Source: Nitrospinales bacterium (GTDB lineage Bacteria; Nitrospinota; Nitrospinia; Nitrospinales; VA-1). From it: 64,000 nucleotides of DNA. The stretch is taken from NCBI GenBank assembly GCA_965262115.1, contig OZ253496.1:1440001-1504000 (forward strand), written 5' to 3'. Below, piece by piece: positions 10,292-20,937 of this stretch. A model generated the notes under the pieces. It was not told the origin of the DNA. It was given only the letters and a program-made list of their open reading frames with translations, and searched no databases. Within the stretch, counting starts at the first letter, position 1. Each line of letters opens with the position of its first letter. A program made the position numbers and the translations under genes.

Positions 10292-11182
10292 ATGCCAAAA
10301 ACACGGGTTTGGGAAAGAATAGGGTCTTTGCCGGGGAACAACAACCTTGCCGATTTTTGTCGAAAGGTTGGCTTGAATTATGAAAAATTCAAGAAGAGCC
10401 ATAGGCGTAACAATGGACCTCCTGATTCCATAACCCTGGAAAAAATCGCCAGGCATTTCAGGCTGGACCTGGGATGGCTGATTACGGGCATCACTTCTTC
10501 CTCTCCCCTTAACCAGAGAATTGGTAAAAAGCTCAAACGTTTGAGAAAAAAGAATGGCTGGTCCCTTGAAGAACTGGGCAAGCGCGTTTCTCTCCTTCCG
10601 CAGGTTTTACAAAACTACGAAAATGGAAACTGGTCCATCTCCCCTGATTTGCTCAACGACCTGGCAGAAAAAATGAATATTCCGCCGAACGAGTTTTTGA
10701 AGGAAGGGGACACGTTTCCGGTGCAAGTGCCGGAATTGAAAATTTATCAACCCAGGAGCATCGCAGAAGCTCCAGCCATTAAAGGGGAAGACTATATCTC
10801 CATTCCTCTCACGGCCTCTTCCATCGCCGCCGGACAACCCATCATCCAGGAAAATAATATTGAGGATTATGTTCTGCTTCATATACGGGCGGCAGGCAAA
10901 AAGAAAAATCTGGTGGCCAGCCGGGTAGACGGGGATTCCATGGAGCCCATGTTGCACTCGGGCGACATTGTGGTCATTGACCGGGATGACAAAAAATTAT
11001 TGAAAAACCGTATCTTTGCCATCTTCTATGATGAGGGTTTAACAGCAAAATATGTGGAATCCCAACAAAACCTGTTGATTCTCAGGCCTATCAACCCCAA
11101 CTCTCAGGTACAAATCATCAACCTCAACGAGCATCCCGACCCCATTGTCGGCCGCGTTATTGGTGCCTGGAAAGAGCTTTAA
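10292..11182 (+). CDS. CI/LexA-like repressor: two HTH domains + S24 peptidase
   Basis: XRE HTH, AG cleavage site (IAAGQP), GDSMEP catalytic Ser, TAKY Lys. Confidence 0.88.
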   Translation: MPKTRVWERIGSLPGNNNLADFCRKVGLNYEKFKKSHRRNNGPPDSITLEKIARHFRLDLGWLITGITSSSPLNQRIGKKLKRLRKKNGWSLEELGKRVSLLPQVLQNYENGNWSISPDLLNDLAEKMNIPPNEFLKEGDTFPVQVPELKIYQPRSIAEAPAIKGEDYISIPLTASSIAAGQPIIQENNIEDYVLLHIRAAGKKKNLVASRVDGDSMEPMLHSGDIVVIDRDDKKLLKNRIFAIFYDEGLTAKYVESQQNLLILRPINPNSQVQIINLNEHPDPIVGRVIGAWKEL

Positions 11183-11247
11183 ACTCCTTCCACAATCCAG
11201 ACAATTTGATTTTACAATTTCCGCCTCGATAATCCATAATAGAGGCT

Positions 11248-11694
11248 ATGAGTGGTCAGGGTGGTGAAAAACCAAGAGAAGCCGACAAGAAAAAAGAACT
11301 CGGTCCCCCGCTCAAAATTCTAGTCGCCGATGACACAGCGGTTGACCTTGCCTTGGCGACAAAATTATTAAAAAGAAGGGGTCACGATATTATTGCGGTC
11401 GAGAATGGCCTCCAGGCTTTTGAAACTTTCAAGGAAACCTCCTTTGATGTTGTCCTGCTGGATATCCATATGTCCGCCATGGACGGTTTAGAATCCACAA
11501 ACAAAATCCGCGAATTTGAAGCTTCCCAACCTTCCCGGCCACCGACTCCTATCGTAGCCATGACCGCCAATAATGAACAAAGCGACCATGAAATATATTT
11601 AAAATCCGGGATGAACGGAATCATCACTAAGCCACTGGACATCAAAACCGTCGTTTCACAAATTCGAGAAATCATCGCAAGCTTCTCATGCTGA
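11248..11694 (+). CDS. Single-domain response regulator (receiver)
   Basis: ILVADD, LLDIHM, AMTAN, TKP motifs. Confidence 0.88.
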   Translation: MSGQGGEKPREADKKKELGPPLKILVADDTAVDLALATKLLKRRGHDIIAVENGLQAFETFKETSFDVVLLDIHMSAMDGLESTNKIREFEASQPSRPPTPIVAMTANNEQSDHEIYLKSGMNGIITKPLDIKTVVSQIREIIASFSC

Positions 11695-11792
11695 ACCCGC
11701 AAGTGGGTTTTATTCCCCGTGGCTTGCCACGTCCTTTAAAATAACACTTTGTCAGGATACCCTGTCTGCTTGCAGCGGAGGTGTTCACTTTT

Positions 11793-12269
11793 TTAAGGGC
11801 TGGGTATTGCTTCTTTCGGGTAATAAAGGGTCACCACAATCTTATCCCCTGCGACAACCGATCCGACTTGAGTAAATTTTAAACCCAGCCGGTCGGACAC
11901 CAAAAACCCGATTGAAGAACCTAAAACCGTTTTTCCAAACTGGCTTCCGTCCGTTAATGTTCCGGGGTTGGTCTGGGCCCTTCCATTTTTTAAAACATCG
12001 ACCTTCATATCCTGGCCAGTGGGAGCGGTTTGCGCAAAAAGGCCGATTGCCTTTACCGTAATATTTTCCTGCGGAACAAACCCATCATAAAATATCACCC
12101 CATTAGCAGCGGAGTCGAGAACGGGAACGGTAAAACAAAACAAATTACCAAGATCATCCACCGCCTCGGAAAAATCGGAATATTCATTTTCCCAATTTAA
12201 ATCTCCGGCGGAGGGAACCGCAAGATTAAGGTTCGTTGTAAAAGTATTAGCCATAAAACTCCTTTCCAA
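11793..12269 (-). CDS. Putative phage tail-associated virion protein
   Basis: MANTFTTNLNLAVPSAGD.W N-terminus typical of tail fibre-like proteins; last gene of the tail cluster. Confidence 0.55.
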   Translation of the reverse strand: MERSFMANTFTTNLNLAVPSAGDLNWENEYSDFSEAVDDLGNLFCFTVPVLDSAANGVIFYDGFVPQENITVKAIGLFAQTAPTGQDMKVDVLKNGRAQTNPGTLTDGSQFGKTVLGSSIGFLVSDRLGLKFTQVGSVVAGDKIVVTLYYPKEAIPSP

Positions 12270-12311
12270 AATTTAAATCCAAGGCCAAACGCTGGTATGA
12301 ATCAAAATTCT

Positions 12312-15203
12312 TTAATTTATTTCTGCACCGCCAAAACCCGAGCCCCCAAAACCCTGCAGCCCAAACCCCGCATTGCCGACAAGTCCGCGCATTTGCCGGG
12401 CGATTACAGGAACCGTATCCATACGTTGGGCAATTCCCGAACCCATAGACCTGCCGGCACCTAAAACCATGACTTTGACATTTTCCAATTCATGCGTAGG
12501 AGGGTTGATTTCAAGAATATCGCCCCGCTCAATTTCCATATTATCCAGCAGCAATTCAATCTCATAAACATCCCGGGGAAACCCGCGTTCCTGCAAATAA
12601 AATAAAGCCAGATCCGCCGCAAGGGCCTCGGTCCGAATCCAATTGAACTCAAAATCAGTCGGCTTTTCCTTTTGCCCAAACTGATTGATCGATTCGACAT
12701 CGTTGGCGCTTTCCACCGATTTATAGCCCTCGCCGGACCAGTTTTTGCGGTATTTCAGATCAATTTTATTCACCACATCCTCAATAGGATTACGCGTGGA
12801 TTTAAACCGAACCTGATTTTTGGAATCCAACAAAACCATATTGTCCAAAATGATTTTATCCGCGATGGTGCTGGTATTCACAAGGTTTAATCGACGAAAC
12901 AGAATTTTTGCCAATCCCAAATCCCAATAAAAAAAAGAACGACTTTCCTTGCCTCATTGATTCCAGAGTTCGCGGGCTGAAACCTTATTGGCTATTATCC
13001 CGGCCAACAAATAACCGGAAAATAAACCGCCCGCCTGATCCAGAGATGCAGAGTCCAAGACCGAGCTGCTGAAATTTAACGCTTTGAGAATCGACCATTT
13101 ATATACATGATCCGGTCTTTCAACAAGGGAGCCGGCCATCCCGGTCAGGGTTCCACTGGAATCATCCTTCACACCCTGGATATCAGCACTGACCTCATCG
13201 GTGAACTGGATTCGTCTTCGGGCGTACTCAATTTCATAAGCAAGGTGAACGATAAAGGCAGTGCGGCCATCGCTGGAGCCATTGTATTGAATTTGGGATT
13301 CCCGGTTGGTGAACCAGTTCCAGTCTCCATTCACATGGGTTGTGATATCAAAAAAATCAACCACACTGCGAGTGGCTTTTTCAGCCGTGGAATTAATCGC
13401 CGGGCGGGAAGAATGCTGGGTCAAGGACCCGGTTTTTGAGGTGGAAACATTGGTCCCTTGCGTACTCACGCTTAGCGGTGCATTCATGGTCACGACCCGC
13501 GTGGCAAAAGTCACCTTAAAAACAATAAATGTTGCGTTATGAGTGAGACGAATGGAGTTCGTGTCTGTATTGATATTGCCGCCTGTGGTATAGGTCTGCG
13601 TCGTTCCTTGCCGTCTCCACACCCTGTAGCTGCCTGAGGGATGCCCTCCATTATTTTTTGCATAAACATCCACGGTATTCGGTCCATTGATAGTTCCTGA
13701 CCATTCAAATCCAATTCCATATTCCGCTGTTGCCCAGGTACCCGGACCCGGATCGGGAAAAGTAATAATATGTTGCTGTCCGCTATTCAGGCCGATCGTT
13801 TGCCCACCGACCCCGGACAGGGCACTTTGCGTTATCTTTGGAGGAAGCGCTCCGGTATGCTGATGTTGTGGATCACTGATGGGGAACCCGAACGAGTCCA
13901 AATGCGTATGAGTGATATCCGTCGTCCCGCTCGAAAGCACCACATCATCCACAGCCGGAGCAGACAAGGTGCCGACCTGGCCCACCCCGGTAACATGGGC
14001 CGTCATATTGTCATTGGGAAGTTTCTCCTCAACAAAATGCTCGACCCGAAAAAGTACTTTACCAATGGTTCCAATATTAGCCAGGGAATCGGTTTGCCAT
14101 AACGATAGAACATTGGTGCTCTGGTTGATTTTGGCATAGGTCGTGGGGCTGTTGGGAATGTTGGCGTTGGTCGGATTAACAGCCGTATTCCCCGCGCCCA
14201 CTACATCGTTCTGCGCCTGTAAGAATTTGGTGTCGATGGAATCGGACTTTTTAGGCTTCGAGGAAAACACCACTTCCCCTTTAGCAACATCTACCGAAAA
14301 ATCTCCAGAATCGGCCAGATGGCCCCCGACACTGACGTTTGAAATCTCTTTAACAGGATAATCAGGGTCACTGAATAAATAACGATGGTCTGTCACCTTC
14401 TCGAGAACCGCATCCCCACTATAATGAAATTCATTGATCCCGGAACAACCCAAAAACTGGGTGGAGTTCAAACTGGTAAAGCTGATTTCATCATCATTGA
14501 CGATAACCGTCCCGGACGCCGAAAAATTATCAGTGGAGGCAACGTCCAGCAAAGACCCGCCGGGAATCGCCACCGACGTTAATTGCGTTTCTTGTGATTT
14601 CCGTACCAGAGTCCCGGGGGCTTCATCGACATTACCAATAACGATGGGCCTGATTTTTCCAACCGATGCTTCCGGAGCATTCGGGTAATCAGCAAGAGTG
14701 AGGGTGTTGCCGATCACTGTTGAACCATAACCCTGAGATATATCCACCAGGTCAAAAGTACAAATCGCCTCGTCATATTGGATCGGGTCTCCAATGCGGG
14801 CAATAAAAAGGACGCCAATATCCGCGTCGGTCAACCCGTCATCCGCAAACCACTGGTAAAGAGTCACCACAGCCGATTCAGGGGGACGATGGCGAAACAA
14901 ATTTGAAAACCGGGCCACCGGACTGAACAAGTCCACCGGCGCATTCACCACGTTCACCGTGAGGTTGGGGTAAGAATTGCTATCGGTTTGATCGGGGGAT
15001 ACCAGCCGGTCAAGGTTTCCCATATTATTCACCAGCGGGTACCAGTAAAGAGAGTTGATCGTGATCCCTTCCCGGTCGGTCAGCCTCAACGTCAACGCCG
15101 ACAACCCATTCATGGCAGACCAGTCAATTTGCAACAGGTTGACCGGTGCATTGCTCTTGTTGTTTCTGGAAGTGTTAAATCCGGATGTAAAATCGGTTCG
15201 CAT
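12312..15203 (-). pseudogene. Large phage tail tip/hub protein split by one in-frame TGA at 12954-12956
   Basis: ORFs 12954-15203 and 12312-12920 are in the same frame (ELWNQ*GKESRSFFYWDLG); beta-rich; follows the Dit-like gene. Confidence 0.7.
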
Positions 15204-15282
15204 GACGAATAAAATAACAATAGGTTTATAAAGGGCTCTCTAATCCTTGCAAACTTTCACAAAGTCCCACATGAAAATTATT

Positions 15283-15600
15283 TCAGCCAATCGGGTTCTT
15301 ACTCATAGCCATCAACTCCAACTTGTCATCAATGCCTATCCGGCTTGAGCGAATCTTTTCATCAATCTCCTCCCGCACCCGGTTTTTCAGAATTTTCATC
15401 AACTGTTCTTTCCAGTCCTCCCTATATCTCAACTGGGCATAAAACTCGGCCCGAAGAGGAACGGATTTCTGGAAAGCAAAGGTCTCCCCCTTATAAAAAA
15501 CCCGGACCGGGAACAATTGCGTCTGCCCCACTTGCTGAATTTCCTCACCCTCCACCACAAGGTTGAATTCCTCAGCTTGGCACTGGCTCCAATCAATCAT
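15283..15600 (-). CDS. Hypothetical protein
   Basis: 105-aa ORF with an AAGGAG ribosome-binding site upstream. Confidence 0.6.
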   Translation of the reverse strand: MIDWSQCQAEEFNLVVEGEEIQQVGQTQLFPVRVFYKGETFAFQKSVPLRAEFYAQLRYREDWKEQLMKILKNRVREEIDEKIRSSRIGIDDKLELMAMSKNPIG

Positions 15601-15745
15601 ATTCGTCTCCTTTATCTATTTGCGGAAAACCGCGTGACCAGCGTGACGCTGGCCGGGCAGCACCCGGTGGTGATTGGGCAAAGATTTCAAGGCCGAGATA
15701 ACTTTTTGCTCGCCTGGAAAAGTTATTGCAATTTGCCCACGGCGG

Positions 15746-16126
15746 CTACGCCGGTTCTTTTCTAAGATCAATAGTCCCGGAATATTTGCCAAAGAGGACC
15801 AGTTGAAAATTAAATCCGTTCATCCATCGGACGGTATGAAGAGCTGCGTTCCGGTCCTCCAACTCAAAGGTGTTGAACGATTTTTTAACGGTATCAAAAA
15901 AGTTCTGGGCGCTGTCCCGATCCGATTGATTGATGCGGACAAAATTAAACTGGAAGGTCTGCCGTTGGCCGCCTTTTTCCTGGACATAAAGCGTGCCGCC
16001 CGCAGTGGCAGAACTAATCTGTTCCGGATAGTCCAGCACCTCCCCCGCCGGGTACTCCGGCTGGGTGACAGGCACCCATTGCGCCGACGGCGCGGACTTT
16101 GTCGGATAATAAAAACCAAAACTCAT
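15746..16126 (-). CDS. Putative distal tail (Dit-like) protein
   Basis: Size, position after the tape measure gene, 'TAGGTLYV...FF..VK..F' pattern. Confidence 0.6.
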   Translation of the reverse strand: MSFGFYYPTKSAPSAQWVPVTQPEYPAGEVLDYPEQISSATAGGTLYVQEKGGQRQTFQFNFVRINQSDRDSAQNFFDTVKKSFNTFELEDRNAALHTVRWMNGFNFQLVLFGKYSGTIDLRKEPA

Positions 16127-16186
16127 AAAACATTCTCCAAATCACTAAATAAAAAAACTTCTTCCAATAAAAAACCATGGCCCGGT

Positions 16187-16307
16187 CGTCATTGCGAGGA
16201 GCCAAAGGCGACGACGCAATCCAAGAATACCCTTGCAGGGCATGAAGGCTAATGAGGAAATATCACAAACCTGGATCGCCGCGCTCCTTACAGTCGCTCG
16301 CGATGAC
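16187..16307. repeat. REP-like palindrome interrupted by a micro-repeat copy (16228-16265)
   Basis: GTCATTGCGAG...GCAATC and GATCGCCGCG...CTCGCGATGAC inverted arms. Confidence 0.6.
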
Positions 16308-16334
16308 GCACAGGGTAGCAACCCAGCCTGGTGG

Positions 16335-17366
16335 CTAATTGATTCGGCGGTCAAGACGTTTGAGTTCATCACACATCATGAAAGCCATATTGCGGAACTC
16401 CTCCCGGTCGAGCTTGCTGCCGTTGGGAACATTGAAACTGAAATTAAGATTATTAATGCTCATTCCATTGGCCCCACTCTGGCGAAAATCATCGGCCTTG
16501 TTTTTTGACAAAACCGCTTCATCTTTATGGATCATGGCGATCATGTCCCTGGGAACCCGGTCGATACCGCTGTCAAAACTGGGAAGGCGTGGATTGGTGG
16601 TGGAGTCCACTGACTTGCTGAACCCTGTCAAATCCGGACTCGAAGTAAGAAACTCTGGCAGGCCATCATCGAAAAAGGAGTTGGATGAACCGGAAGGAGC
16701 CACTGAGCGGATTGTTTCTTCGATAATGGTGATTCTTTGAGTGATGTCCTGGGAGAATATTGCTTCAATTTCTGCACGAATGGCCTTGGCCTGTTCGGTG
16801 GCGTTATCCAGCAGGTTGATCGTGATCAAAACATCCTGCATATTCTGGATCTGTTCGAGGCAGGTTTTGGTGGTTTCAAGCGACTGCACCGTCTCCGGCG
16901 GTAGCGCCGGAGGTTCAGCATTGCCAAGCTGCTCCAGCGATTCTTTCACACCTCCTACATATTCTTCAATCGGTTGACCGGCCACTCGCCACTCTTGTAA
17001 TAATTGCTGTTCTTTCCATGCAATATAAAAAGCTCCTAAAGCAACTGTAGCAGCCCCAAATATCGAAGGCCATTTAACAATAACACCAGTCAAAGCCCCT
17101 ATTTTAAGAATTCCTTCAATAGTTTCCCATCCTAAAACTTCATCCTCCAGGCCAGTAAAAAATCCATCCATCGCTTCCTTAAAAGGTCGCCTTGATTCAT
17201 TTTCAATCTGCTGCACCTCTTCGTAGGCCTTCTTTAATTTTTCAATATTACGAAGTGACGATGCCAGAGAATTTGCCTCCTGCTGGACTTCATCCAAAGA
17301 TTTTTTTGCCGGTATGGAAAACTGATCATCAAGTTTAAGTATGATTTGTGTTTCTACATTTGCCAT
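16335..17366 (-). CDS. Short tape measure-like protein
   Basis: Coiled-coil plus hydrophobic middle; C-terminal 'FDSGIDRVPRDMIAMIHKDEAVL' motif common in TMP C-termini; downstream of the chaperone pair. Confidence 0.65.
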   Translation of the reverse strand: MANVETQIILKLDDQFSIPAKKSLDEVQQEANSLASSLRNIEKLKKAYEEVQQIENESRRPFKEAMDGFFTGLEDEVLGWETIEGILKIGALTGVIVKWPSIFGAATVALGAFYIAWKEQQLLQEWRVAGQPIEEYVGGVKESLEQLGNAEPPALPPETVQSLETTKTCLEQIQNMQDVLITINLLDNATEQAKAIRAEIEAIFSQDITQRITIIEETIRSVAPSGSSNSFFDDGLPEFLTSSPDLTGFSKSVDSTTNPRLPSFDSGIDRVPRDMIAMIHKDEAVLSKNKADDFRQSGANGMSINNLNFSFNVPNGSKLDREEFRNMAFMMCDELKRLDRRIN

Positions 17367-17448
17367 CTATAAAATCCTTAAAAAACAGGCCGTTAAAACT
17401 ATAAATTAAATATGATATAGTTCCGCAGACCCATATGGAGAAACAGCC

Positions 17449-17781
17449 ATGGCCTTGATTCCCTGTTTTGAGTGCGGAAAAGAAATCAGCGATAAAGCCG
17501 TAACCTGTCCCCAATGTGGAGTTCCAATTCCAATTAAAAAAGAAAAGAGAAGTGACTTTATTCTTTTCTTTGGTCGACTTTTTGGACAAATTCAAGCGGT
17601 TTGTAGAAAATGCCGATTTCCCATCAAGTCGGCAGGTCAGAATTTTTGTAAAACCTGCGGCACCTATTTTCCCTTCCATGAATCAAATAAAACTATTTCT
17701 TTGTTTTTTCTCATCGTGTTTTGTGTGTGGTTTTTTACCAAATTTTTATTTCCTAAAACATTTAGTTTCTTATTTTCATAA
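17449..17781 (+). CDS. Zinc-ribbon membrane protein (moron-like)
   Basis: MALIPCFECGKEISDKAVTCPQCG, further CxxC pairs, C-terminal transmembrane segment; AT-rich. Confidence 0.65.
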   Translation: MALIPCFECGKEISDKAVTCPQCGVPIPIKKEKRSDFILFFGRLFGQIQAVCRKCRFPIKSAGQNFCKTCGTYFPFHESNKTISLFFLIVFCVWFFTKFLFPKTFSFLFS

Positions 17782-17900
17782 ACTCCACCTTATTTAAATC
17801 CAAACAACTTTAAAAAGGTCTACGGTTTTTGATCCTGCAAAACTCCCAATAAAATTATTTATAACTTTCCATTGCCTGCATTACTGGCACAGTAAACGGG

Positions 17901-18085
17901 TCATCAAGTTTAAGTATGATTTGTGTTTCTACATTTGCCATATATAAAGTCCTTAAATATAGTCGATTAAAACTTTAAATCAGCTATGGTATAATTCGGT
18001 CAACCAATATGGAGTATTTACCATGGCTTTGATCCCCTGTTTTGGGCGCGGAAAAGAAATCAGCGATAAAGCGGTAACTCATCCT
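17901..18085. repeat. Diverged direct repeat of 17326-17510 (TMP start + divergent zinc-ribbon start)
   Basis: Repeated minus-strand MANVETQIILKLDD and plus-strand MALIPCF..GKEISDKAVT; offset about 575 bp. Confidence 0.85.
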
Positions 18086-18205
18086 AACGGTGGAACCTGT
18101 TCCAAAAAAATAACTAATAAAAATCCCCCCTTCCCCATAACTCATGGAGTCATAGGGGTCGAGGGGTTGCCGCCCGTCAAGGAGGAGGTAACGGGCAACA
18201 AACCA

Positions 18206-18481
18206 TTAACCGTGGTCGGTGGGCCTCTGGCGATTCTGATATTTTTCCAATAAGGCCAGGGCTTTCCATTCGACAAGATCCAGATCATTTTTTGCAAAAG
18301 GGTAACCACCCTGTTTTAACAGCAGAAGGTTTTCCAGATACCACACCCATTTGCCGAACCCTTCAGAGTAGCGGTTGAGAATTTTCCGTGCCGGGTGATT
18401 TTCGATATTCCATTGCGGGTCATCTGTTTCTTCGTGAACCCATTGCAGGAATTTCTGGTACTCTACTTCCAGTCCCGGCAC
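18206..18481 (-). CDS. Tail assembly chaperone, T-part (reached by -1 frameshift)
   Basis: Open in the -1 frame from slippery A-AAA-AAC at 18505-18511. Confidence 0.7.
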   Translation of the reverse strand: MPGLEVEYQKFLQWVHEETDDPQWNIENHPARKILNRYSEGFGKWVWYLENLLLLKQGGYPFAKNDLDLVEWKALALLEKYQNRQRPTDHG

Positions 18482-18501
18482 ATCGTCCTGGAAGTAGGCG
18501 A

Positions 18502-18891
18502 TCAGTTTTTTAGTGTGGCGTGTTCCAAGTTGGCGGAGGTGCCTTCAAACACCATTGCCGCCGCGCATTTGAATGAGGCCTGGACATACTTTTTCCAGTT
18601 TGGAATTGAAGGGGTCAAAGGTTTTTCCTCGCCTGTAGCAGGGTCGGTAAAAACAACCTCTTCTTCGCCCTCTTTAGTTTTAACTTTAATGTCCATTAAA
18701 ATTGTTTCGATGAATTCAATACGCGCCTGCGAGGAGTGGTCATCGACATTGCCGGGAGAGACAAACTTGAACCGGTTTTTTTGGAACCGGCAAAACTCTT
18801 CGGTCGTGTAATCCCGCAAAACCAGAACAACCGTTTCCCCGCAATAAGGAATTTCTACTTTTATAATCCCTGGATTAATATTTATTGCCAT
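18502..18891 (-). CDS. Tail assembly chaperone, G-part
   Basis: Between tail tube and TMP; ends CTA AAA AAC TGA. Confidence 0.75.
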   Translation of the reverse strand: MAININPGIIKVEIPYCGETVVLVLRDYTTEEFCRFQKNRFKFVSPGNVDDHSSQARIEFIETILMDIKVKTKEGEEEVVFTDPATGEEKPLTPSIPNWKKYVQASFKCAAAMVFEGTSANLEHATLKN

Positions 18892-18918
18892 TCATACCTC
18901 TATTCATTAAATGGTGTT

Positions 18919-19962
18919 TTAGTTTAAGTATCCTGTTTGCTCATTGATCACTTTCACAATCACCGAGCCGTAGGTCGTGTCTTCCAATATCTAAAACTCG
19001 GCATTCACGGTCACAACTTCCCCATCCCGGTCTTTTTTGGCTTCTTTATAAACCACCTTGGGGAAAATAAGGTCGCAGGAGTAATTGAACAAACCGGAAC
19101 CTCCCGCGATCACCGCTCCGGTAACGGGAATGTGCAACACATATTCGGTGCCGTTGACCAAGCCGGATTTATGGCTGTCGTCCTGCATTTCCAGAGTCGC
19201 GGTTAAAGTTTGCTGGAACCGGTCGCCGCGTTCAGCTCTCGTTACATATCCGGAACTGTCACCCATTTCATAAAATGTTTGCGCCTGGTTATCCATCGTC
19301 CAGTCAAAGGACAGCAAATCTGCCTTGAAGGATGTCGGCGAACCGCCAACCGCAAGATCTCCTCCGGCAACCGAACCAGAAATAGAACCCCCGCGATTAA
19401 AATTGACATCGCCATATCTTAAATAGGATTCTCCAACCACGGTTGGTTTGGAGTCGGAATTGGGTTCTTCTTTTCCATTGCCGCCAAACTGCGCCTCGAG
19501 TTTGACGAAGTCGCCCCTCGACCCGCTGATTTTGGCGGACTTCCCAAACAATCCGGAATAGCGCTTGTTGGCAATCCCGTCATACTCCACCAGGGTCACA
19601 GAGGGCAGAGCAATATTAGCAAGATCGCGCTCCATGAAATGCCGATAAACGGTGGGATCATTGGTATTATCTGGCTGGTCGGTGGTGACTTTTCCCATCA
19701 CCAGTGCAAGAAAAAATGCCAGGTTGTGCGGCATAGCTCGCTGTTGATGGGTACCATCGAGTTTCCAGTTAAGAATTTCCTGAATGGAGGGTTCATTGAG
19801 TCCGGTGGTCTCGTTTTCATCCGTCTGCACCTCATTCGGTTGCACATCGGTGATGGGACCTTCAAAATTAAAAGCGGTGGAAATTCCTGCCGGGGTTCCG
19901 TAACTGGCTTCTTTAGCAGTGGAAAATCCGCGCCATCCTGTGGTAATACGTTTGGTCGTCAT
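18919..19962 (-). pseudogene. Major tail tube protein with in-frame TAG at 18991-18993
   Basis: KEASYGT N-terminal motif; frame continues ILEDTTYGSVIVKVINEQTGYLN to TAA at 18919. Confidence 0.7.
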
Positions 19963-19971
19963 AAAATGTCC

Positions 19972-20448
19972 TCAAAAATTAACGGTCAATTCAATTTGGG
20001 CAGTGGTGATGGAAATAAAATAATAATATTCCCCTTTTTTAAATTGTTCTTCGGTTGTGCTGACTTCCCGGACAAAACCCCCGATGCCAAGATCGTCGCT
20101 GGAGCTTTTTTGCTTATCCAGGACCCTTTCAATATTCGCCACCAGGGTATGATGAGCCGCCAACCCCAATTGGGCGTCCCTTTGCCGGGTCACGGCGATC
20201 ACCTGGGCTGGCACGGTTTCGCGAATCTCGTTAGTGGCTCCGGGCTCCTGCTGTTTGGCCTCGGCGTTGGGCACCACGGCGATGGCAGGCAGGTCGGCCG
20301 GGGCAAAAAACCGCGCGTCCTTTTCATCCTGAATGGAAAATCCCCTTTTATGGGTTTCAAGAGTCTTAACATTGGCGGAATTACCCACCCAGGAATCGTT
20401 TTCCAACGTTGTTTTAATGGCATTGCCAAGAACGGTATAATCGGTCAC
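19972..20448 (-). CDS. Putative tail terminator
   Basis: Position between the HK97 gp10-like gene and the tube gene; LPAIAVVP motif. Confidence 0.6.
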   Translation of the reverse strand: MTDYTVLGNAIKTTLENDSWVGNSANVKTLETHKRGFSIQDEKDARFFAPADLPAIAVVPNAEAKQQEPGATNEIRETVPAQVIAVTRQRDAQLGLAAHHTLVANIERVLDKQKSSSDDLGIGGFVREVSTTEEQFKKGEYYYFISITTAQIELTVNF

Positions 20449-20459
20449 CGAGGCTCTCC

Positions 20460-20924
20460 TTAATTAAATTTCCGCTTGAGCGCAGTTTGAAAAATCTTTC
20501 CAGTTTCTTCCGCCGCCTCTTCTGTTGCTTCCCCCAGTACCCGAAATGCAGGAGTGCCAGGGTGTTTGACTTCTTTCACAGGGTGTTTTGCCCCCGGCCA
20601 GAATAAAAGTTTATTTCCCTTAGGCCTGATCATATGCGGACGACTGCCAAACTCAATGATGTCCGCCACGGGCGAGTTGCTTTCCAGCTTTGAGGTGAAG
20701 GACCCATCCCCATCCAGAAAATCAGATTTTATGGAGCGGAAATAATTACCCTTTCCCATATTGGGTTTACGGGTTGTGGATCGAACCCTTGCCTTTGCCA
20801 GATGTTCAGCGCGAAGCATTAATGCGTGAGCAGTTTCTCGCGTTGCCTCTTTCACGCCTTGTGATAAACGTAGAAAACGGGTCTTGATTTTTTCAAACGA
20901 ATCAAAACGGATAGAAATTGTCAT
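20460..20924 (-). CDS. HK97 gp10-like tail completion protein
   Basis: IEFGSRPHMIRPK...HPVKEVKHPGT motif. Confidence 0.8.
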   Translation of the reverse strand: MTISIRFDSFEKIKTRFLRLSQGVKEATRETAHALMLRAEHLAKARVRSTTRKPNMGKGNYFRSIKSDFLDGDGSFTSKLESNSPVADIIEFGSRPHMIRPKGNKLLFWPGAKHPVKEVKHPGTPAFRVLGEATEEAAEETGKIFQTALKRKFN

Positions 20925-20937
20925 CAGGTCTTTTGGG

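Noticed and set aside
17326..18085. Diversity-generating retroelement TR/VR pair or invertible shufflon
   Set aside because: No reverse transcriptase or invertase nearby; the repeats are direct and the differences are not adenine-specific.
19639..20463. 274-aa plus-strand ORF
   Set aside because: Antisense shadow of the tail tube and terminator genes; no recognisable motifs.
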